DNA from: Thermoanaerobaculia bacterium | Lineage (GTDB): Bacteria; Acidobacteriota; Thermoanaerobaculia; Gp7-AA8 | NCBI GenBank assembly: GCA_036375135.1 | Contig: DASUSL010000242.1 | Location: 6,388 to 70,387 of the forward strand | Length of the DNA: 64,000 nt | Direction: 5' to 3' | In this document: one piece after another, positions 7,777 to 17,371 of the stretch | Layout: every line of letters begins with the position of its first letter | Position numbering within the stretch: the first letter of the stretch is position 1 | Translations under genes and position numbers: made by a program | The notes under the pieces: model-generated | Databases searched by the model: none | What the model was told of the DNA's origin: nothing | What the model saw: only the letters and a program-made list of their open reading frames with translations

Positions 7777-9798
7777 ATGCCAAGACTTCTCGATTCGATC
7801 GACACGCCGCGCGATCTGCGCAAGCTCGATCGCCGCCAGCTTCCGCAGGTTGCGCAGGAGATCCGCGACCAGATCATCGACGTCGTCTCCCGCGTCGGCG
7901 GCCACTTCGGCGGCAACCTCGGCATCGTCGAGCTGACGCTCGCGCTGCATTACGCCTTCGACACGCCGCGCGACCAGATCGTCTTCGACACCGGCCACCA
8001 GAGCTATCCGCACAAGCTCATCACCGGCCGGCGCGACACGTTCCACACCATCCGCCAGCACAACGGCATTTCCGGCTTCTGTAAGCGGGAGGAGTCGGAG
8101 TACGACGTCTTCAACGCCGGCCATGCCTCGACCTCCATCTCCGCGGCCCTCGGCATCGCCGTGGCGCGCGACTTCCGCAAGGAGGACTACCGCGTCGTGG
8201 CCATCATCGGCGACGGTGCGCTCTCCGGCGGCATCGCGCTGGAAGGACTGAATCAGGCCGGACACCTGAAGCGCCGCCTGATGATCGTCCTGAACGACAA
8301 CGACATGTCGATCTCGACCAACGTCGGCGCCATGTCGGGCTATCTCAACCAGATCATCAAGGGACAGCGCTACAACCAGGCCAAAGACCTGGCCAAGGGC
8401 GTGATGGACCGCGTCCCGCTCATCGGCGGCAAGCTGCACGGCCTCGCGCACGACATGGAGCAGGTGCTCAAGAACATGGTCGTGCCGGGCACGCTGTTCG
8501 AGGAGCTCGGCTTCAAGTACCTCGGGCCGTACGACGGTCACGATCTCGAGCTGCTGCTGAACCTCTTCAACGAGCACAAGGACTACGACGGCCCGATCCT
8601 CATCCACGTGATGACGAAGAAGGGGAAGGGCTACACGCCGGCGGAGAACAAGCCGATCTGGTCGCACGGCGTGACGGCGTTCGACGTCCCGACGGGCGAG
8701 GTCAAGAAGTCCGACAAGTCGCAGCCGCCGACGTACACCGCCGTCTTCGCCGACGCGCTGGTGGAACTGGCGAAGCACGACCCCAAGATCATCGGCGTGA
8801 CCGCGGCGATGCCGGAGGGGACGGGGCTGGACAAGTTCGGCAAGGCCTTCCCGGAGCGGATGTTCGACGTCGGGATCGCCGAGGAGCACGCGGTGACGTT
8901 CTGCGGCGGCATGGCCACGCAGGGGATGAAGCCGGTCGCGGCGATCTACTCGACGTTCCTGCAGCGCGCCTTCGATCAGGTCTTCCACGACGTGGCCATC
9001 ATGGATCTGCCGGTGGTCTTCGCCCTCGACCGCGGCGGCATCGCCGGCGCCGACGGCCCGACGCACCACGGCATCTACGACATGGCCTACCTGCGGATCT
9101 TCCCGAACATGGTGTGCATGGCCCCGAAGGACGAGAACGAGCTGCGGCACATGGTGAAGACCGCCTTCGAGTGCGGCCACCCCGCCTCGCTGCGCTACCC
9201 GCGCGGCAACGGCCTCGGCGTCCCGCTCGAGGAGATGCGCGCGCTTCCCGTCGGCAAGGGCGAAGTGCTCCGCGAAGGCGATCCCGCCATCGCCATCTTC
9301 GCCATCGGCAACGAAGTGCACGCCGCCATGCAGGCCGCCGAGATCCTGGCCAGGGAAGAAATTAACGTCACAGTAATCAATGCACGATTCATCAAGCCTT
9401 TGGATGATGAATTGATTACGAAATACTGTCAGCCTCATTCACGAGTCATTACCGTGGAAGAAGGTTCCCTGGCCGGCGGCTTCGGCAGCGCGGTCATGGA
9501 GCGCTGCGAGCAGCTGGGCATCCACAACGTGCAGTTCCACTGCATCGGCATCCCCGACGAGTACGTCCACCACGGTTCCCAGGACGTGCTGCGCGCGCAG
9601 TACGACCTGCATCCCGAGGGGATCGCGAAGCGGGTGCGGAAGTTCGTGGGGGAACAGAAGCTCGGCACCGTCGGCGACGTGGCGCGCATGATGGATGAGC
9701 TCACGAAAGACGTACCGGACGAAGAGTTCGAGAAACTGCCGACCTCCGACCGGATCGACGAAGTGGTGTACGGCTTGCGCCGTCGCGTAGCGAAGTAA
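7777..9798 (+). CDS. dxs: 1-deoxy-D-xylulose-5-phosphate synthase with a C-terminal extension of about 45 aa
   Basis: It has the TPP motif GDGALSGG...NDN, GHASTSISA and GPTHHG. The conserved Dxs end is near ...GIAKRVRKFV (about 9647), but the frame continues to 9798. Confidence 0.95.
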   Translation: MPRLLDSIDTPRDLRKLDRRQLPQVAQEIRDQIIDVVSRVGGHFGGNLGIVELTLALHYAFDTPRDQIVFDTGHQSYPHKLITGRRDTFHTIRQHNGISGFCKREESEYDVFNAGHASTSISAALGIAVARDFRKEDYRVVAIIGDGALSGGIALEGLNQAGHLKRRLMIVLNDNDMSISTNVGAMSGYLNQIIKGQRYNQAKDLAKGVMDRVPLIGGKLHGLAHDMEQVLKNMVVPGTLFEELGFKYLGPYDGHDLELLLNLFNEHKDYDGPILIHVMTKKGKGYTPAENKPIWSHGVTAFDVPTGEVKKSDKSQPPTYTAVFADALVELAKHDPKIIGVTAAMPEGTGLDKFGKAFPERMFDVGIAEEHAVTFCGGMATQGMKPVAAIYSTFLQRAFDQVFHDVAIMDLPVVFALDRGGIAGADGPTHHGIYDMAYLRIFPNMVCMAPKDENELRHMVKTAFECGHPASLRYPRGNGLGVPLEEMRALPVGKGEVLREGDPAIAIFAIGNEVHAAMQAAEILAREEINVTVINARFIKPLDDELITKYCQPHSRVITVEEGSLAGGFGSAVMERCEQLGIHNVQFHCIGIPDEYVHHGSQDVLRAQYDLHPEGIAKRVRKFVGEQKLGTVGDVARMMDELTKDVPDEEFEKLPTSDRIDEVVYGLRRRVAK

Positions 9799-10205
9799 TG
9801 CCACTGGTTCTCGTCGACACGTGGTTCTTCGTGGCGCACTTCAACCGCCGCGATCCGGACCACGACAGCGCCGCGCGGATGTGGCGCAGGATGGACCAGG
9901 CGCAGATGGTCACGCACGACGGGGTGCTTGCGGAGTTCCTCACGTTCTTCGCGGAGTTCGGTCCCACGATCCGGGAGAAGGCCGCGCGCACGGTTCGCAA
10001 CCTGCCGGTGTTGCGCGTCGAGGTCGTGGCCCAGGACCGCAGCCTTTTTCTGAAAGCGCTTGCCCTCTACGAGGAGCGCCCTGACAAGGGCTACTCGTTC
10101 GCAGACTGCATGTCCATGGTCGTGATGCGCGAGCGCGACATCACCCACGTCCTCACCAACGACCACCACTTCCGCCAGGAAGGCTTCACCGTCCTGAACC
10201 AATGA
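9798..10205 (+). CDS. vapC: PIN-domain ribonuclease toxin (VapC-like)
   Basis: 135 aa with the four PIN acidic positions (LVDTWF, LAEFL, FADCMS, TNDHHF). The start overlaps the dxs stop (TAATG) and the stop overlaps the tlyA start (ATGA). Confidence 0.8.
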   Translation: MPLVLVDTWFFVAHFNRRDPDHDSAARMWRRMDQAQMVTHDGVLAEFLTFFAEFGPTIREKAARTVRNLPVLRVEVVAQDRSLFLKALALYEERPDKGYSFADCMSMVVMRERDITHVLTNDHHFRQEGFTVLNQ

Positions 10206-10963
10206 AAAAGCAGCGCCTCGACGTGGTGCTGGTCGAGCGCGGACTCGTCGAGACGCGCTCGAAGGCGCAGTCGCTGATCATGGCCCGGCGGGTCCTCGTG
10301 AACGGGCAGTTCGTCGACAAGGCAGGGGCCACGGTCGCGGATGACGACGAGGTGCACGTCGCGGAGCTGGAGCATCCGTGGGTGGGGCGGGGCGGGATGA
10401 AGCTCGCGCACGCCTTCAAAACGTTTGCGATAAATGTTGACGGTAAGGTGTGCGCAGATATTGGCGCATCAACGGGTGGCTTCACCGACGTGATGCTCAA
10501 GCACGGGGCGGCGAAGGTGTACGCGATCGACGTCGGCTACGGGCAGCTCGACGTCTCGCTGCGCAACGATCCGCGCGTGGTCAACCGGGAGAAGGTGAAC
10601 GCGCGGTTTCTGGGACCGGAGAGCTTCGACGAGCCGATCGGGTTCGCCTCCATCGACGTCTCGTTCATCCCGCTGAAGCTGATCCTCCCCGCGGTGGTGA
10701 GCTTCCTCGACGGCGAGCTGGTGGCGCTGATCAAGCCGCAGTTCGAGGTGGGGAAGCACGAAGTCGGCAAAGGCGGCATCGTGCGCGACGAGGCCAAACG
10801 TCAGGCGGCGGTGAGTGGTGTCATCGACGTGGCGCGGGAGCTGGGGCTCGAGATGAAAGGCGTGATCGAGAGTCCGGTCAAGGGCGCCGAGGGGAACGTC
10901 GAGTTCCTCATGTACGCCGCGACAGGTAGTCGCGCAGACCGTCCCGCCACGACTCCGGAGTGA
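10202..10963 (+). CDS. tlyA: TlyA-family rRNA 2'-O-methyltransferase
   Basis: It has an S4-like N-terminus (RLDVVLVERGLVETRSKAQSLI) and the SAM motif DIGASTGGFTD. Confidence 0.88.
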   Translation: MKKQRLDVVLVERGLVETRSKAQSLIMARRVLVNGQFVDKAGATVADDDEVHVAELEHPWVGRGGMKLAHAFKTFAINVDGKVCADIGASTGGFTDVMLKHGAAKVYAIDVGYGQLDVSLRNDPRVVNREKVNARFLGPESFDEPIGFASIDVSFIPLKLILPAVVSFLDGELVALIKPQFEVGKHEVGKGGIVRDEAKRQAAVSGVIDVARELGLEMKGVIESPVKGAEGNVEFLMYAATGSRADRPATTPE

Positions 10964-11780
10964 CGCCGGTCAGGCGCTCGTAGCGCTCCGTCGACAGCAC
11001 CGAGTACGCCGGGCGTTTCGCCGGACGAGGGAACTCCTCCGTCGACACCGGCACGACCTCCGTCGCCGATCCTTCCGCGATCGCGCGCGCAAAGTCGTAC
11101 CACGAGCATTCCTCCGCATCCGCGTAATGCACGACGCCCTGGGCATCCTGCAGCGCGAGCCGCACGACCGCGCGTGCGAGGTGCGGCGTGTACGTCGGAC
11201 GTCCGCGCTGGTCGCTGACCACGCGCAGCGGGTTCGTCCCCTTGCGGATCTGGTTGCGGATGGCCTCCACGAAGTTCGGGCCGTGCACGCCGAAGAGCCA
11301 CGACGTGCGCACGATGCAGTGCTTCTCCGCGTGCGAGGCCGCGATCTCGCCGAGGAGTTTCGAGCGGCCGTAGGCGGACAGCGGGTTCGTCTGGTCGTTG
11401 ACTTCGTAGGGAGACGTCTTAGAGCCGTCGAAGACGAAGTCGGTGGAGAGCTGGATCAGTCGCGCGCCGGCCTCGTTCGCCGCGGCGGCGAGGAGCTCGA
11501 CCGCCGAGCCGTTGATGGCATTCGCGGCCGCCTCTTCCTGCTCGGCGAGGTCGACTTTCGTGTACGCGGCGCAGTTGATGATGACGGTGGGAGCGTGCTC
11601 GCGCACGGCGGCATTCACGAGACGCGAGTCAGTGACGTCGAGCTCGCTCCGGCTCAGCGCGACGACTTGCTCATCGCGCGCGGCGAGCTCGTCCTGCAGG
11701 TCGGCGCCCAGCATCCCCCCGGCACCGGTGATCATCCAGCGGGCACGGCCCGCGGCGCTGGTTGCCCAAGGCTTCGGCAC
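10908..11780 (-). CDS. rfbD: dTDP-4-dehydrorhamnose reductase
   Basis: It has the Rossmann motif ITGAGGMLG, YGRSK and STDFVFDG. An alternative start is at 11735. Confidence 0.85.
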   Translation of the reverse strand: MPKPWATSAAGRARWMITGAGGMLGADLQDELAARDEQVVALSRSELDVTDSRLVNAAVREHAPTVIINCAAYTKVDLAEQEEAAANAINGSAVELLAAAANEAGARLIQLSTDFVFDGSKTSPYEVNDQTNPLSAYGRSKLLGEIAASHAEKHCIVRTSWLFGVHGPNFVEAIRNQIRKGTNPLRVVSDQRGRPTYTPHLARAVVRLALQDAQGVVHYADAEECSWYDFARAIAEGSATEVVPVSTEEFPRPAKRPAYSVLSTERYERLTGVTPESWRDGLRDYLSRRT

Positions 11781-11795
11781 GCTAGCCGTGTTGCC

Positions 11796-11984
11796 TCAGG
11801 CCTTGTCGTCGGACTTCGGCAGAGCGGGCTTCTCGTCCTTGCCCTTGAGGCCGTCACGGAAGTTCGAAATGCCTTCGCCGAGGCCTTTGCCGAGCTGCGG
11901 CAGTTTGCTCGCGCCGAAGATCACGACCACGATCGCGAGGATGAGGACCAACTCCATGGGACCAAAACCGAACATGAGCATCAT
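11796..11984 (-). CDS. tatA: twin-arginine translocase subunit TatA/E
   Basis: [29 protein letters not shown]. By GGAGG spacing the start is probably the fourth codon (11975). Confidence 0.9.
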   Translation of the reverse strand: MMLMFGFGPMELVLILAIVVVIFGASKLPQLGKGLGEGISNFRDGLKGKDEKPALPKSDDKA

Positions 11985-12083
11985 GCCTCCAGGGGCTGTA
12001 CTACGGACCGAAGCGGTGTGAGTTTACCAGAGCGGAAACAGCCGGACGGCGCGATCCGTTCCACTGATAGCATCCGCACCTCC

Positions 12084-14390
12084 ATGCTCGATCTCTCCGG
12101 ACTCAATCCTCAGCAGCGCGCGGCCGTCACCCATGGCGAAGGACCGCTCCTCGTCCTGGCCGGCGCCGGCTCGGGGAAAACCCGCGTCATCACCTATCGC
12201 ATCGCCCATCTCATCGGCGAAATGCGCGTCCCGCCGCAGCACATCCTGGCCGTCACGTTCACCAATAAAGCGGCCGCCGAGATGCTCCACCGCGTCGACC
12301 AGCTCGTCCCCGCCGGCGGCTACCGCCCGTGGGTGGGCACGTTCCACTCGACCTCCCTCCGGATGCTGCGCCGCTACGCCGACCGCCTCGGCTTCACGAA
12401 ATCGTTCGCCGTCTACGACACGGCCGACCAGCTCACCCTCATCCGCCGCTGCATGCGCGAGCTGAACGTCAACGACGACGCCTTCCCGCCGCGCTCGGTG
12501 CTCACGCGCATCAGCCACGCCAAGAACGAGCTGATCAACCCCGTCGAGTACGAGAAGCACAACCACGACTTCTTCGGCGCGCGCGTCGCGGAGATCTACC
12601 GCCTCTACCAGAAGCGGCTCCGCGAGTTCGACGCCATGGACTTCGACGACCTGATCGGCAACTACGTGCAGCTCCTCGAGCAGCACGAGGACGTGCGCAA
12701 CGAGCTCCACGAGCGCTTCCAGCACCTCCTCATCGACGAGTACCAGGACACGAACAAAGCGCAGTACGTGCTGGTCAAGCTCCTGGCCGGCAAGGCGGGC
12801 AACATCGTGGCCGTCGGCGACGAAGATCAGAGCATTTATCGTTTCCGTGGTGCAGACATCAAAAACATCCTCAATTTCGAGCATGATTTTCCAGGAGCGA
12901 AAATCATCAAGCTCGAACAGAACTACCGCTCCACCGGCAACATCCTCGACGCGGCCACGGGCGTCGTCTCCAACAACATCGCCCGCAAGGGGAAGACGCT
13001 CTTCACGCAGGGAGGGAAGGGCGATCCGGTGCGCATCGTCACCTGCAGCAACGACCGCGAGGAGGCGCAGTTCGTCCTCGAGAAGATCTCGTCGAATCGG
13101 AGCAGGTACAAGCTCACCGACTTCGCGATTCTCTTCCGCACGAACGCGCAGTCGCGGCCCTTCGAAGAAGAGCTGCTGCGCGCGAACCTGCCGTACTCGG
13201 TCGTCGGCGGCGTGAAGTTCTACGAGCGCGCCGAGATCAAAGACATCCTCTCCTTCATCCGCCTGACGCTGCGGCCGCACGACACGCCGTCGATCGAGCG
13301 GGTGATCAACGTCCCCTCGCGCGGCATCGGCGACACCACCGTGCAGACGCTCTCCGAGCAGGCCGCGGCGCAGAACGTGTCGCTCTGGACGGTCATCGAG
13401 GGCGACCTCGCCTTCCTCCCGGCGCGCGCGGCGAAGGCGGTGCGCGAGTTCCGCGAGATCGTGCACGACCTGCAGCGCGCCGCCACGCAGCCGATCCCCG
13501 AGCTGGTCGACTACGTCCTGCTGCGCACCGGCTACCGGCGCATGCTGCAGGAGTCGCGCGACCTGCAGGACGAGTCGCGCCTGGAGAACCTCGAGGAGCT
13601 GATGAACTCCGCGCGTGAGTACATGGAGCAGAACCCGCAGGCCGTGCTGGCGGACTGGCTCGACTCGCTCACGCTGATGTCGGACCTCGACAAGTACGAG
13701 TCGCAGAAAGGCGTCACGCTGATGACGCTGCACGCGGCCAAGGGTCTCGAGTTCAAGGTGGTCTTCCTCGTCGGGATGGAGGAAGGGATCCTCCCGCACG
13801 CGCAGTCGCTCGAGCGCACCGACGATCTCGAGGAGGAGCGCCGCCTCTGCTACGTCGGGATGACCCGTGCGCGGGAGATCCTCTACTGCATGCACGCGTA
13901 CGAGCGCCGCGTGCACGGCCGCTTCCGCGAGCAGAGCCCTTCCCCCTTCCTGGCCGAGATCCCGGAGGATGCGAAGGAGTTCGTCCGCCTCGGCCGCGCC
14001 GCGTATTCGTCGTCACAGACGTGGCGCGAGGCGCCGATGCAGCAGCGCCGCCCTTCCTACAACGCGCCGCCGCAACCGGCGCGCCGCCCGGCGAGCCCGC
14101 CGCCCGCGAAGCCGAAGAACACGAACGTGAACGGCGTGATGTCGTTCTTCGGGAACCAGAGCGCTCCGGTGCAGTTCGATCCGAACGCGATCCGCGCGGC
14201 GAAGCAGGCCGAGGCGCCGGGCGCGGCCGCGGAGCTGACGCGGGGACAGCGCGTGCGCCACGAGATGTTCGGCGTGGGGACGATCCTGACGATGGAAGGA
14301 TCGGGGCCGGACGCGAAGCTGTCGGTGTACTTCGAGCGTCACGGGACGAAGAAGTTCATCGCCAAGTTCGCGAAGCTGACTCGGGCGTAA
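12084..14390 (+). CDS. uvrD: ATP-dependent DNA helicase UvrD/PcrA
   Basis: Internal ATG of ORF 11127..14390. It has Walker A AGAGSGKT, DEYQDTN, VGDEDQSIYRFRGA, and TLHAAKGLEF...YVGMTRA. Confidence 0.93.
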   Translation: MLDLSGLNPQQRAAVTHGEGPLLVLAGAGSGKTRVITYRIAHLIGEMRVPPQHILAVTFTNKAAAEMLHRVDQLVPAGGYRPWVGTFHSTSLRMLRRYADRLGFTKSFAVYDTADQLTLIRRCMRELNVNDDAFPPRSVLTRISHAKNELINPVEYEKHNHDFFGARVAEIYRLYQKRLREFDAMDFDDLIGNYVQLLEQHEDVRNELHERFQHLLIDEYQDTNKAQYVLVKLLAGKAGNIVAVGDEDQSIYRFRGADIKNILNFEHDFPGAKIIKLEQNYRSTGNILDAATGVVSNNIARKGKTLFTQGGKGDPVRIVTCSNDREEAQFVLEKISSNRSRYKLTDFAILFRTNAQSRPFEEELLRANLPYSVVGGVKFYERAEIKDILSFIRLTLRPHDTPSIERVINVPSRGIGDTTVQTLSEQAAAQNVSLWTVIEGDLAFLPARAAKAVREFREIVHDLQRAATQPIPELVDYVLLRTGYRRMLQESRDLQDESRLENLEELMNSAREYMEQNPQAVLADWLDSLTLMSDLDKYESQKGVTLMTLHAAKGLEFKVVFLVGMEEGILPHAQSLERTDDLEEERRLCYVGMTRAREILYCMHAYERRVHGRFREQSPSPFLAEIPEDAKEFVRLGRAAYSSSQTWREAPMQQRRPSYNAPPQPARRPASPPPAKPKNTNVNGVMSFFGNQSAPVQFDPNAIRAAKQAEAPGAAAELTRGQRVRHEMFGVGTILTMEGSGPDAKLSVYFERHGTKKFIAKFAKLTRA

Positions 14391-14459
14391 GCCGCGGCTG
14401 GCATTCGCATCGCATGCCGCATCGCGAGAACGCCACGTAGTTTCAGGAAGGGTCCCTCC

Positions 14460-17351
14460 ATGTTCCGTCGTGCAGCAGTGGTGCTGTGCCTCGTCCTTGC
14501 CGCCGCATTCGCGGAAGCGCAGACGCTCTTCGTCTCCGACACGTTCACCGGCCCCAACAACGCGTCGCTCGAGAGCCACGCGCCCGACATCGGCGGCACG
14601 TGGACGCGCCTCCGCGGCAGGGGCATCATCCTCTCCTCGAACGCGGCCACGCCCGACAAGACCGGCGGCCTGGACGTCTACCGCAACGCCGCGGCGGCGC
14701 CGTCGGCCGAGTACGTGGTCGGGATCACCGCCACGTTCGGCAGCGGCAACAGCGACATCTACGTCGAGCTCTACGCGCGCATGGTGGGGACCAGCGGCTA
14801 CGCCACGTACATCGACTCCTCTGGAGCTTGGGCCATCATCCGCTACACGAGCGGCACGGGGACGATCCTGGCGAGCGGCACCACCACCGCGCTGAATCCC
14901 GTCGGACAGCCCAACGAGATCCTCTTCCACGTCACGAACGCCAGCAAGCGGCTGATCGTCAACGGCGTCGTGGTCGGCACGACGGCCGACAACACACACA
15001 CCGCCGCCGGCAACGTCGGCTTCGGCCTCTCCACGAACATCAAAGGCGACGCCGTCGCCGACAACTTCTACGCCTCGACCCTCGGCCCGACGGCCGTGCG
15101 CATGGATTCGATGCGCGCCACGCGCGACCGCGGCCAGGTGCTCGTCTCCTGGACCACCGGCGCCGAGTCGGACAACCTCGGCTACCGCATCTGGCGCGAG
15201 ACCGGGAACAGGCGCGTGCTCCTCACGCCGTCGCCGATCGCCGGCTCGGCGTTTTTCGTCGACGCCCCGCGCCTCGGCAACGGCAACGCCTATCGCTGGG
15301 TCGACCGCCACGCGCGACGCGACGCGACGTACTGGATCGAAGAGCTGGACGTGAACGGTGCCCGCGAGTGGCACGGCCCGATCGAGCCCGCCGCCGGGAC
15401 GATCGATCCCCGCACGCTCCCCGCGCCGACGCTGGCCACGCTCCCGCAGCGCACCAGCGTGGCCAGGGCGATGGACACGCTGCACGAAATGCGCGGCGAT
15501 GTGCGTGCGTCGCACTTCGACGTCGCCACGCGTGACGCGCTGAAGATCTCCGTCACCACGCCCGGCATCCACGAGGTGCCGCTCCCCGCCGGCGCCGACG
15601 CGAAGCGCGTGCAGCTCTGGCAGGACGGCCGCGAGCTGCCGATCGTCGTGACGAACGACGCCATCCGCTTCTACGGCACTCCGCTCGACTCGCAATGGAG
15701 CGAGGTGCGCGTCTACTGGCTGACGTGGGACCGCGGCGCCGGCGCGCGCATGGCGATCGCGCCGAAGTCGACCGCGCCGCTGCACACCGCGAGCGGTTTC
15801 CTCTCCACGGTGGAGCTGCGCGACAAAGTGCTCTTTTCCGCGTCGACCGAGAGCGAAGAGGGCGACGCCTTCTTCGGCCCGCTCGTGACCTCCACTCCCG
15901 CGCGCCAGACGCTGCGCCTCGAGTCGATCGACGCGAATGCGCCGAGCGCGGAGCTCGGCGTGACGCTGGTCGGATCGTGGACCGGACCGCACCGCGTCAG
16001 CGTGACGCTGAACGGCAACGCCGCGGGCGTCGTCGAGTTCAGCGACCGCGCGCGGCACCGCGCGAAGTTCAACGTGCCGGCGTCGTGGCTGCGCGAGGGG
16101 AACAACGAGATCGTCTTCACCGCGCAGAACGGCTTCGACGACGTGAGCGTCGTCGAGGCGGTGCGCGTGACCTACTGGCGCGCCTATCGCGCGGCGGGCG
16201 ACTCGCTCGTCTTCACCGCGCCGGGCGGTACGCGGGTGCCGGTCAGCGGCTTCACCGGCGCCATCACGGCGCTCGACATCACCAACCCCGCCGCGCCGCT
16301 GCTGCTCGTCAGCGACGGCAACGTGATCTCCGTGCCGGGCACCGGCACGCGCACGATCGTCGCCGCGGACCGGTTCCTGCGCGCGTCGCGCATCGAAGCC
16401 AACGAGCCGTCGAATTTGACGAAACTCAAGGCGGACCGTGTGCTGATCGCGCCGCGCGCGTTCCTCGCGGCGCTGGCCGGCCGCGACGGCGCGCGCGCCG
16501 CGGTCGAAGACATCTACGACGAGTTCAGCTACGGCGCGAAGGATCCGGCCGCGATCCGCGCGTTCCTCGAGACCGTGCGACCGCGCAGCGTGCTGCTGGC
16601 CGGCGACGGCTCGTTCGATCCGCGCGGCTACGTCGGCGGCGCGGCGATGGACGTCATCCCGGTGAAGCTGCTGCGCAACCGGCTGCAGCGCTCCCCCTCC
16701 GACGCGTGGTTCACCGACTTCGACAACGACGGCGCGTCCGACATCGCCATCGGACGCCTGCCGGCGCGGTCGTTCGAGGAACTGCAGTCGATGGTGGCGA
16801 AGATCGTCGCTTACGAATCCGCGTCGGTGCTGCCGGGCGACGTCGTCTACGTGAACGGCGCCGGCTTCGGCGAGCGCTCCGCGCATGCGACGGCGTACGT
16901 CGACGTCGATGCGGAAGGGGTCGTGGCCGCGCGGCAGCAGCTCCTGCAGCGCTGGAGCGACGGCGCCGCGCTCATCGACTTCACCGGCCACGGCTCGGTG
17001 ACGATGTGGCAGAGCGGCGGCTTCTTCTCCACGGAGGACGCGGCGTCACTCCAGCAGTCGACGCTGGTCGTGGCCATGACCTGCCTCAACGGCTGGTTCC
17101 ACGACATCTATCAGGAGAGCCTCGCCGAATCGCTGCTGCGCAACCCGAATGGCGGCGCGGTGGGCGTCTGGGCTTTGACGACGCTCACGGAGCCGGGCGG
17201 TCAGTCGCTCGCCAACGCCGCCCTCGTCGACGCTCTCAAACGCGGCGCGACCCTCGGCGAAGCGACGATGGCCGCGCAACGAGCCACGACGGACGGCGAC
17301 GTGCGCCGCTCGCTCATGCTCTTCGGCGACCCGGCCTTGCGCATGCGCTAG
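14460..17351 (+). CDS. secreted peptidase C25 (gingipain)-like protein
   Basis: It has a signal peptide. The C-terminal domain carries FTGHGS and, 31 residues later, VAMTCLNGWF, which is His/Cys dyad spacing like gingipains. The N-terminal lectin-like and propeptide-like regions are uncertain. Confidence 0.6.
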   Translation: MFRRAAVVLCLVLAAAFAEAQTLFVSDTFTGPNNASLESHAPDIGGTWTRLRGRGIILSSNAATPDKTGGLDVYRNAAAAPSAEYVVGITATFGSGNSDIYVELYARMVGTSGYATYIDSSGAWAIIRYTSGTGTILASGTTTALNPVGQPNEILFHVTNASKRLIVNGVVVGTTADNTHTAAGNVGFGLSTNIKGDAVADNFYASTLGPTAVRMDSMRATRDRGQVLVSWTTGAESDNLGYRIWRETGNRRVLLTPSPIAGSAFFVDAPRLGNGNAYRWVDRHARRDATYWIEELDVNGAREWHGPIEPAAGTIDPRTLPAPTLATLPQRTSVARAMDTLHEMRGDVRASHFDVATRDALKISVTTPGIHEVPLPAGADAKRVQLWQDGRELPIVVTNDAIRFYGTPLDSQWSEVRVYWLTWDRGAGARMAIAPKSTAPLHTASGFLSTVELRDKVLFSASTESEEGDAFFGPLVTSTPARQTLRLESIDANAPSAELGVTLVGSWTGPHRVSVTLNGNAAGVVEFSDRARHRAKFNVPASWLREGNNEIVFTAQNGFDDVSVVEAVRVTYWRAYRAAGDSLVFTAPGGTRVPVSGFTGAITALDITNPAAPLLLVSDGNVISVPGTGTRTIVAADRFLRASRIEANEPSNLTKLKADRVLIAPRAFLAALAGRDGARAAVEDIYDEFSYGAKDPAAIRAFLETVRPRSVLLAGDGSFDPRGYVGGAAMDVIPVKLLRNRLQRSPSDAWFTDFDNDGASDIAIGRLPARSFEELQSMVAKIVAYESASVLPGDVVYVNGAGFGERSAHATAYVDVDAEGVVAARQQLLQRWSDGAALIDFTGHGSVTMWQSGGFFSTEDAASLQQSTLVVAMTCLNGWFHDIYQESLAESLLRNPNGGAVGVWALTTLTEPGGQSLANAALVDALKRGATLGEATMAAQRATTDGDVRRSLMLFGDPALRMR

Positions 17352-17371
17352 ACGCACGAGGAAACGACCGG

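Noticed and set aside
6730-9438. 902-aa ORF on the minus strand across ispA/dxs
   Set aside because: It is antisense to two genes with unmistakable motifs. Its product is an R/A/G/V/D-rich low-complexity string, typical of stop-poor antisense frames in GC-rich DNA.
10908-10963. 56-bp overlap of the convergent tlyA and rfbD 3' ends as a sign of mis-annotation
   Set aside because: Both genes have intact conserved cores. The overlap involves only non-conserved C-terminal tails and is plausible in compact GC-rich genomes. I cannot decide the exact stops without homolog alignment.
11127-12083. N-terminal extensions of long ORFs (11127..12083 of uvrD, 1603..2436 of mlaF, 24594..25772 of hbd, 27477..27602 of moeB, 50616..51335 of DUF962, 35485..35724 of GT-C, 27737..28060 of the TIR-like gene)
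   Set aside because: The extensions overlap well-supported genes on the other strand or frame and lack homology-like sequence. Internal starts give canonical N-termini.
12024-13916. 630-aa minus-strand ORF opposite uvrD/pcrA
   Set aside because: It is antisense to a helicase with all SF1 motifs.
14013-16991. 992-aa minus-strand ORF opposite the C25-like gene
   Set aside because: It has the same antisense, Arg/Ala/Gly-rich composition and no motifs. The sense strand has a signal peptide and peptidase blocks.
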